Of a stretch of 41,253 nucleotides of DNA, positions 29,057-38,630 are shown in pieces. Each line of letters starts with the position of its first letter. Position 1 is the stretch's first letter. Source of the DNA: Piromyces finnis finn (taxonomy: Eukaryota; Fungi; Neocallimastigomycota). Made by a program: the position numbers and the translations under genes. Under the pieces are notes generated by a model. It was given only the letters and a program-made list of their open reading frames with translations, was not told where the DNA came from and searched no databases. The stretch spans positions 1-41,253 of the forward strand of contig MCFH01000114.1 in assembly GCA_002104945.1 (NCBI GenBank), written 5' to 3'.

Positions 29057-30125
29057 ATGATTGCACATCCACCACTTAATTCTATGAAGAGCAATTATAA
29101 AATGAATAATATTAGAAAAAAAAATTATACAAAGAAAAAATCAAGGTTTTAATATAAAACATATTAATTTTATAGGTGTAATTGTTTAAATATGACACAT
29201 ACTAATATATAAACGTATTATAACAAATATATTCTTATCAACAGTTCTAATGAACCAAAAAAGAAGATTTCTGAAATTGAGAAATTAGAAATAGAAAATC
29301 AAGAAATGGAACAAAGACTTTTAGAATTAAAACAAAATTTAGCAAAAGAAAAGGAAAAGAGATTGTAATAATGAAAATTATTGTTATTGTTATATATATA
29401 ATCCATATTTGTTATTCAAAAAGTTTTCTTAATTTTTTTAAAATGCAATAAAATACTTATATAATTTAAATAACATATTTTATATTTTAAAGAAAACAAG
29501 GAAAGACATCATTTTGGCAAAGTGGAAAAAAAGGTGTATTATTTAATCATGGAAATGAAGTGATATATAATAAAAATCTTAATCAAGTAATATAAATTAT
29601 AAAAAAAAATATATATATAGTATTTATTTATTATATTTATTTATAAAATAATATATTAATAATTATTAATAATGTTTTGAAATATATAAAAAGATGAAGA
29701 ATAAAGATAGTATATATGGAATATCACTTCAAAATACATCATCTGGAATGTTAAAAAATAAAGGTAGATTTATACTATTAATATGTATTATGTATTATTT
29801 TTTTCTTAAAAAATAATATATTTAATTACAATATTATTTAAATAATAGGAATATATGATCCAATGCGATATCTTAATCTAAATAATAATAGGAAAAATAC
29901 ATTAAATTTAATTAACACATCTTCGTCGATTAAAAAACCGGAACCAAATAAAAATTCAAAAACAACAATAACAACTAATAATGTTAATGATAGTAAACAG
30001 GTATATATAATAATGATAAATATCAATATCAATAATGATTTTCATATTTTTAATAGTTTTAATATAAATATTATATTTAACTCTTATTAAAAATAAATTT
30101 ATTTATAAATATTAAATATTACAAT

Positions 30126-30208
<83 letters not shown>

Positions 30209-31589
30209 GGCAACAAATATTTTAAACTTTATTATTAATTTTATTAAAATTATAATACATGTAATATAAAAATATATAAAATAAAATCAAGCATAATAAT
30301 CCTGTTAAACAAAATGGCCAAATTGAAATTGAAAGCGATAAAAATAATGAAATAATATTAAAAAAAAAAACTGGAGGATTATTTAATTTTAATAAATATC
30401 TTGATAACTCAATTGATCAACTTAATAGCATTAGCTTGTCATCACCTGATGATACAACAATTATTAAAAGTAAATATGATGAAGCTATGAAAAGTAAAAC
30501 TTTAGTAGAAAATCAAGATACCAAAGTTAATAGTGGAAGTAATACATCAAGTAATGAATATATATATCCTTCAAATTATAAATCATCTCAAAAACAACAA
30601 AATGATGATTCCCGATTAATTGATGGTGAATTTAATGAAGAGGAAAGTCATAATTCGTTTGTTGAAGCATTAAATTTATGGAGAAAAGAAAGGCGAGAAC
30701 AGGAGATATCTAACGTAAATAAAAAAAAAGAAATTAAACCAAGTGTAGTTTTTGCTGAAAATTATAATGATAGTAAGTTTTTTTATTAGAATGTATAAGC
30801 TTTTTTTTTTTTTTTTTTGCATTATATAATGCTAGATAAATAAAAAAGAGTATAATATTATTTAAAAGAAAACTAAATTATCATATTAATATTAAAATTT
30901 ATCTCTTATTACAAAAAAATATATATAATTATAAATATACTTTAAAATGACAGTGAATTCATTTGAAACTCAAACTAAAGAGTTAAATAATGCATTGAAT
31001 ATGGATGAAATTATTAAGAATTTACAAGAATCAAAGTCAAATTTAAGTTATATGGAGAGATTAGCCCTTCATAAATATAGAGAACAATATAAAAAGGAGA
31101 TGGAAGAAGGTCAGAAACCAAAACTTGAAATTTTAAAGAAAGATATCAAAATAGTTGATGATATTGATGAAGATGAAATAGATGCAGAAGTTGAAAAATA
31201 TTGGGAAGATAATAATAAAGAAACAGATAATGAAAATGATATTGAAAAAGAAATTGAAAATAATTTAAATACTTATGTTAATCAATATAAGATGAAACAA
31301 TTAGGTACAAAAAATATTAATATAATTATATATTTAGAATAATTATAATTTTAATTACTCTTTTTTTTTTTTTTTTTTTTGATATATTTTGATGTTTTAA
31401 AATTTTATGGTAATTATATTTGTAGAACTCTATAAATATAATAAAGGTCTAAATGCTTATAATTCAAGAATGAATAATACTAAAACATCTGTATATATTG
31501 AGGATAGTTTCAGTGATGAAGATGAAAATGAAATAATTGAGTTTAATGATGTTTCACCAATTGTGGATGAACCAGATGAAATTAATTAA
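29057..31589 (+). CDS. ZBBX: ZBBX-like protein lacking the B-box, 8 exons, ~506 aa
   Basis: Exons 29057-29145, 29245-29364, 29493-29586, 29694-29763, 29849-30000, 30292-30772, 30954-31304, 31426-31589, in phase. Collinear blocks match my recollection of human ZBBX: LEIENQEMEQRL..KEKEKR..FWQSGKKG; LIDGEFNEEESHNSFVEALNLWR; FETQT; LSYMERLALHKYR. The start codon is less certain. Confidence 0.75.
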
Positions 31590-31746
31590 ATATTATTAAA
31601 AATAAATTAAAAAAAAAAAAAAATAAAAAATAAACTTTTTTTTTTAAAATTTAAATTAAAGATTTATAACAAAAATTTATAGTCCAAAATAAAAACAACA
31701 TTAAAGTTATTAAAGTTATAATATTTAACATTTTTTATTTAATTTT

Positions 31747-31850
31747 TAATATTTAATTATTATTATTTAATATTTATAGTTATATTTAGTATTTAATATT
31801 TAATTATTATTATTTAATATTTATAGTTATATTTAGTATTTAATATTTAA
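31747..31850. repeat. 47-bp tandem duplication (2 copies plus a partial)
   Basis: TAATATTTAATTATTATTATTTAATATTTATAGTTATATTTAGTATT occurs at 31747 and 31794. Confidence 0.8.
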
Positions 31851-32179
31851 TAGTAAATGAATAAGCATAAATGAATTAATGCTTATTAAATAAATGAAGA
31901 TAGATTACTGTTTTAATAAATTAGATAGTTTTAAAGCAATTAATTATAAAGATAATATAAATATTGAATTTTGCTTGAAGGTGCAATAATACAACCATTT
32001 TTGAATAAATTTAAAATTTTTAAAATTATAATTAACAATAAGTTGTTTTTTAATACACTATAACTACATAATCTATTTTCCAGTAGTTCTACCATATTAA
32101 TATGAATTGAAATTTAGGTTTTATGGTAATTATTACTCTTGAGTGTTAGTACAAGGCCGGTTCGTTCCACACAATTTTT

Positions 32180-33043
32180 TCAGACAATCGTGTTTTTCTT
32201 GTTTTCCCTTCTTGAATTGATCATTAATACTATTATTAATGACAAAGAATTTGATAAAACGATCCTAATGATTTGCATAGTGTCTGCTTCCATCACTCCA
32301 CCATCTCCAACACTACGAACATGAAGAGCATTTGAAATAAAGTTGTTAAAAAAGTGTTCAAACATACCTACCCACAAAACACCTGTCATATTCATGCAGG
32401 TTCCCCACTCTATAGCAAGTATACCTGCTAAAACAATATATCCAAAAGCAAAAACTATAGCCATTGGTATAGTCATTGAGCCATCAATTACTCCTTGCAC
32501 ACATGTAATAACATGCCAAACTCCGAACATAAGAGCCTGCACATAATTACCGGTTTTAAATCCGCATTTATCACTGATAGCCCTAAGCATAATTCCTCGA
32601 AACATTCCTTCTTCTGCTAAAACATTGATAATGTTGCCAATTATACAGATTACTATTGCAGTAAAAGAAATAGATATTTCATTTGTCGCACCAGTTAAAC
32701 CAAAATTTGTGATATATACAGATAATCGCGGGGACTTATCCTGAATACCAAGAATAGTCATCTCGATACCATATGATACCGCGAAGGTTGTAATGCCAAG
32801 TCCCAAACCGTATAAGGCATATCGAACTGCATTCTTTTTTTTTAATCCTATATCGGACAGTTTATATCCTAATTTTTTTGTTACTATTACTGTTGCTATA
32901 ATGCATACAATTTTGCATATAACATTTTCGCCTATAAAGGTACTATCAGTTTTTATAAGCAAAAACTCTATATCCTTAATTAATTCGCATACAATATATA
33001 ATCCTATTATAGTTAAAATTACAGATTTTTTTGTATTTTCCAT
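32180..33043 (-). CDS. CPBP-family intramembrane glutamic endopeptidase (CAAX protease/Abi), 287 aa, intronless, bacterial type
   Basis: Motifs EEGMFRG, ALMFGVWH and HFFNN with multiple TMs. No introns, TGA stop, visibly higher GC than the flanks. Confidence 0.9.
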   Translation of the reverse strand: MENTKKSVILTIIGLYIVCELIKDIEFLLIKTDSTFIGENVICKIVCIIATVIVTKKLGYKLSDIGLKKKNAVRYALYGLGLGITTFAVSYGIEMTILGIQDKSPRLSVYITNFGLTGATNEISISFTAIVICIIGNIINVLAEEGMFRGIMLRAISDKCGFKTGNYVQALMFGVWHVITCVQGVIDGSMTIPMAIVFAFGYIVLAGILAIEWGTCMNMTGVLWVGMFEHFFNNFISNALHVRSVGDGGVMEADTMQIIRIVLSNSLSLIIVLMINSRRENKKNTIV

Positions 33044-34274
33044 ATTTTAATTTCTTCATTTTTTCAATTTTCCCTCCTTGAATCATCATTAATATAATAA
33101 ATTATTAATTTTAACTTTTTATTATTAAATATAATTCAATTATTGTTATATTATATATTATAAAAAATATATTATAAAAGATATATTATAAAAAGATATA
33201 TTACAATATATTCATTAATATACAGGCTTTAATGTGGCTTAATGAAACGACCAATCATAAAACAAACATATAATTGTATTAAAGTTTGTAAGATAATCAC
33301 GTGGATGACTTGGAAGGTTTTAAATAAAATATTAACCAATAACATTTAGAGATCTTATTAGATGAGGTCATTCTAGGAAGAATTATTGGATATCTGTAAT
33401 ATACAATATCCAATATAGTTATATTAACTTTTACTATCACCAAAACGTACCTCGTAATAATTAATAATTAATATTAAATAGAAATACATAACTAAATAAT
33501 AGAAATTATTATAATAATAAATAATCAAATATTATTATTTATGAATATTTATTTTTGTACATGATATAGATAATAATATAGGAATAAATTTAACCCTTTA
33601 ATTATATTACCTATTAAGTAGGTTGAGCTTATCAATAATTTATTTATTATGAATTGAATAATATTTATTAGTTATTGAAAGGTAATACAATATAGATTAA
33701 TATATGTTACATCATATATTACCACTAAATAAATTATATTGGAAAGTTATATCGTATATCAAAATCATTCAATAGTTATTAATCAAATAATTTTTTTTAT
33801 TTCTAATAGATAATAATAAATATAATATTATTACATAAATTTTTTTTTTAATTAATCAAAATCTTTTGAAGAAAAGTAAAAAAAAATAAAAATATTTTTT
33901 TACTTTTTTTTTTTTTTAAAATTAAAATTAAATAAAATTTTTTTTATTTAACATCAAAAAGGAAAAAATTTTTTTAATCAAGAATAAAAGTAAATATTAT
34001 TTATATATAATTATATAATGTTTTTAACCATAGATATACATATCAGTAAAATAATAAGTTTAATACAAAGTGTAGAAGGAATTTAAAAGAAAAAGAGGAA
34101 AAAATATGAGTAAATTATTCAGTAAATTTATAAACAATAAATTGAAACAATGAAAAACAGATGTAAACAATAAATAATTATTTCGTTGATGTTTTAATGT
34201 AATTAGAAAAAAAGATTTGTCTAATTGTATTTCGAGAAACCTTTCAAATAGAGACGGCATATTCATATCATTCA

Positions 34275-34305
<31 letters not shown>

Positions 34306-34476
34306 TTAAATTATTCAATCATATTATTAACAGAAAATAAAAAGGATTCAATTTACTATTTAATCAATTTGTTTTCATTTAAAAAATATAGAAGAAGAAA
34401 GGAATAAATAATAAATATATAAAGAAAATCAAACAAAAGTATTAATTTTTTAAATTTATATATTTTTAAATAAAGA

Positions 34477-36186
34477 ATGGCCGATCCAAGATTAACAGCT
34501 CAAGAAGCCGCAGCCATTCATGCTGCTGCTGTTACTAGAGATTACAACATCGAACCACGTTTAGGTAAATATCATTGTATAAAAATAAGAATAAAGATGA
34601 TTAAGATGATTAATAAGAATTATTAAATAATAATAAAGATTACCGTACTGTCGGTGGTGTTAACGGTCCTCTTGTTATTATGGATAACATTAAGGTATAT
34701 ATCTTAATATTATAAATTTCATAAGAATTTGTTAAGAAATAAAATATTAATGAAACAAAACTTTATTATAAAAATAAATAAATATATATATAAATAGTTC
34801 CCAAAATTCGATGAAATTGTTAACCTTACTCTTCCAGATGGTTCCAAGCGTACTGGTAAGGTTCTTGAAATTCAAGGTAAGAAGGCCGTCGTCCAAGTTT
34901 ACGAAGGTACTTCTGGTATTGATGTTAAGGAAACTCATGCTGAATTCACTGGTAAGCCAGCTACCATTGCTGTCTCTGAAGATGTCTTAGGTCGTATCTT
35001 CAACGGTTCTGGTAAGAGTATCGATAAGGGTCCAAAGGTCTTCGCTGAAGATTACCTCGATATTAACGGTCAACCAATTAACCCATACAGTCGTATCTAC
35101 CCAGAAGAAATGATTCAAACTGGTATTTCATCTATTGATTGTATGAACTCTATTGCTCGTGGTCAAAAGATTCCAATTTTCTCTGCTTCTGGTCTTCCAC
35201 ACAACGAAATTGCCGCCCAAATTTGTCGTCAAGCCGGTCTTGTTAAGAAGATTGGTAAGGATGTTATCGATTCTCACGAAGATAACTTCTCTATTGTATT
35301 CGCCGCTATGGGTGTTAACATGGAAACTGCTCGTTTCTTCACCCAAGAATTCGAAGAAAACGGTGCCATGGAACGTGTCACTCTCTTCCTTAACATGGCT
35401 AACGATCCAACCATTGAACGTATTATTACTCCACGTATTGCTCTTACTACTGCTGAATACCTTGCTTACCAAACTGAAAAGCACGTTCTTGTTATTTTAA
35501 CTGATATGACTTCTTACGCTGATGCCCTTCGTGAAATTTCAGCTGCTCGTGAAGAAGTTCCAGGTCGTCGTGGTTACCCAGGTTACATGTACACTGATCT
35601 TTCCACCATTTACGAACGTGCTGGTCGTGTTGAAGGTAGAAACGGTTCTATTACTCAAATTCCAATTCTTACTATGCCAAACGATGATATTACTCACCCA
35701 ATTCCAGATCTTACTGGTTATATTACTGAAGGTCAAATTTACGTTGATCGTCAACTTCACAACCGTCAAATTTACCCACCAATTAACGTTCTTCCATCTC
35801 TTTCTCGTTTAATGAAGTCTGCTATTGGTGAAGGTATGACCAGAAAGGATCACGGTGATGTTTCTAACCAATTATATGCTAAGTACGCTATTGGTAAGGA
35901 TGCTGCTGCTATGAAGGCTGTTGTTGGTGAAGATGCTCTTAACCAAGAAGATAAGTTAGCTTTAGAATTCTTAGATAAATTCGAAAAGTCTTTCATTTCT
36001 CAAAGTTACTCTGAAAACAGAACTATCTACGAATCCTTAGATTTAGCTTGGTCTCTTCTTCGTATCTTCCCTAAGGAAATGCTTAACCGTATTCCAGCTA
36101 AGGTTATTCAAGAATTCTACCAACGTGAAAGAAAGAATGCCCAACAAAAGGCTGAAGCTCTTAAGGAAGCTAAGGAATCTAACTAA
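34477..36186 (+). CDS. VMA2: V-type H+-ATPase subunit B, 3 exons, ~510 aa
   Basis: Exons 34477-34564, 34639-34694, 34798-36186. Motifs [72 protein letters not shown]. Strongly biased high-expression codons (CGT, AAC, TTC, GCC). Confidence 0.98.
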
Positions 36187-37107
36187 ATTGATTAAACAAA
36201 GTGTATAATCCTTCAATAATACCTTTTTTTATTTTAATTCTTATTATCATTTTTATAATATAATTAAATTTTTATTTATGATGTTTGGAAGTTCTGCTAT
36301 ATAAACAAAAATTATAATAATCACTAATAATTCATCATAAAAATAGAATCCTATATTACATAATTTTAGAGTTGCTAAATATCTATTGAAAAAAGTTAAA
36401 AGTTTAGATAAAAGTAATATAAAGTTTTTATTTAAATTATGGATAAAACTTTTTCCAATAATTTTAGTTATTCAAAAATAAAAAAAATAATTTATTAATT
36501 TATTTTTTTATAGTGAAGAATGACCTAGCGTTATGAAGAAAGTAGAAATTTATTTATTTATATATATGAGAAAAGTTAAAAAAAAGAGAGAGAATTTCAT
36601 TTAAAGATTAAAATTTATCATCATTAGAATTTTTTTTAAGATTATATCATACAAAGTAAAACAAAAAATAACAAAAAAAATTAAATATATATATAAAATA
36701 AAATAAAACAAAATACAAATAATTAATAACAAGAAAACAACTTTTCAAATAAAAATAATAAAACAATTTAATGATACTAAATTAATCATCATAAAATAAA
36801 TTAATAAATAAATAAATTAAAAAAAAAAAACAATAAAGCAAATTAAAATATATATAAAATTAATAAAGAATATATATATATATAAATTGTTGTAATTATT
36901 GTGTGGAGTTTTTAAAATAGGATTGGGAAGTAAGATTTAAAAATTTAAATTGTAAAATGTTGTATAAAGAATTGTGATAGAAAATGTTTAGGTCTAAACA
37001 AGGAAGAGTAAATGAGAAAGATTTATAAGTATATAATTAATTTGTGTATTTTTTTTCTGTGTTAAATATTATAAATTTAATGTGAAGAGGTAATACTAAT
37101 ATTATCT

Positions 37108-38217
37108 TCATGGTACTGAGAGAGTAACCCTCTTGGGAACGTGCCTTCATTTATTTAATAAATGTAGTTTCTCAAGGGGGTCTACTCATGCTCAAACCCT
37201 CTTGGGAACGTGCCTTCATTTATTTAATAAATGTAGTTTCTCAAGGGGGTCTACTCATGCTCAAACCCTCTTGGGAACGTGCCTTCATTTATTTAATAAA
37301 TGTAGTTTCTCAAGGGGGTCTACTCATGCTCATGGTACTGAGAGAGTAGAAAGAATTAAATCCAAGTATTGCGCAATGGATGCTTGGTGCCCTCTTAGGA
37401 ATGTGCCTTCATTTATTTAATAAATGTAATTTCTCAAGGGGGTCTACTCATGCTCATGGTACTGAGAGAGTAGAAAGAATTAAATCCAAGCATTGCGCAA
37501 TGGATGCTTGGTTAGTCTTCAAGGGAAAATTATTAGGACTAAGCTCATGGTACTGAGCGATTAAAAAACATTTTATTCATCAAATTTAAGTATTTGATGA
37601 ATAAGTGAATGTTTGATTTTTCAGGTAAGTTTGTATAGTATTTAATTAGAAGAGTAATACATTTTGTTGCTGTATTTTTTCTTTTATTCATGTATTCATG
37701 TAGTACTACTCTTCTCTTGTAAGAATCCAATGTAGTCAACTTCCCTCTTGGGAACGTGCCTTCATTTATTAAATAAATGTAGTTTCTCAAGGGGGTCTAC
37801 TCATGCTCATGGTACTGAGAGAGTAGAAAGAATTAAATCCAAGTATTGCGCAATGGATGCTTGGTGCCCTCTTAGGAACGTGCCTTCATTTATTTAATAA
37901 TGGAGTTTATCAAGGGGGTCTACTCATGCTCATGGTACTGAGAGAGTAGAAAGAATTAAATCCAAGCATTGCGCAATGGATGCTTGGTTAGTCTTTAAGG
38001 GAAAATTATTAGGACTAAGCTCATGGTACTGAGCGATTAAAAAACATTTTATTCATCGAATTAAGTATTTGATGAATAAGTTGAATGTTTGATATTCAGG
38101 CAAGTTTGTATAGTATTTAATTAGAAGAGTAATACATTTTGTTGCTGTATTTTTTCTTTTATTCATGTATTCATGTAGTACTACTCTTCTCTTGTAAGAA
38201 TCCAATGTAGTCAACTT
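37108..38217 (+). repeat. Nested tandem-repeat array of hairpin-forming modules upstream of the LINE ORF: A-A-[A-B-A-B-C]-[A-B-A-B-C]
   Basis: The 67-bp module A starts at 37128, 37197, 37266, 37390, 37743 and 37867. A+B has a 124-bp period. Higher-order units are 37266-37742 (477 bp) and 37743-38217 (475 bp). Confidence 0.92.
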
Positions 38218-38630
38218 TAGTATTTGCATTGTATTTTTATATTCATGTAGCTATTGTTGTATTGTTTCTTGTAAGAGACTGATTCACTCTACATCATGTA
38301 AAAATACTATTCACAAGCTTTCTGGTGTCGACATTCTTGATTCAAATTTTTTACCAATTTAAATATTTAATGAAAAGTAAAGTCAAACAAGTTTAGTGTC
38401 AAAAAGCGATTCGAATTTACTAACAACAAACCAAAACTAGAATTTTTAAAGAAAATTTACAACTAGAATTCAAAAAAAGAAACTTTAAACAAAGCATCGT
38501 AACAATTTTTGTACTATCCAGTACTTTTAAGAAGAGAGAGAGAGACAGATTTTTTTTCCATATACGTTATATTTATAATTTTTATTAGTATTTATTTTAT
38601 ATTCAATATTTTTAATTAGAATTTATTATC

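Noticed and set aside
32139-33050. Plus-strand ORFs opposite the CPBP gene
   Set aside because: Antisense shadows with no recognisable motifs.
35128-35812. Overlapping and antisense ORFs inside VMA2
   Set aside because: Expected shadows of strong codon bias in a highly expressed gene.
37338-37365. Hammerhead ribozyme core suggested by CTGAGAGAGTAGAAAG
   Set aside because: Reads CUGAGAG rather than CUGANGA, has no pairable stem II, and no stem III/NUH arrangement could be built. HDV-like and twister folds also could not be assembled by eye.
37133-37420. 95-aa ORF with 23-aa repeats as a LINE ORF1
   Set aside because: A by-product of the 69-bp repeat period with a TTG start. Later copies shift frame and there is no protein motif.
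37128-38217. CRISPR-like array
   Set aside because: No unique spacers, repeats are 67-477 bp and nested, the context is eukaryotic, and there are no cas genes.
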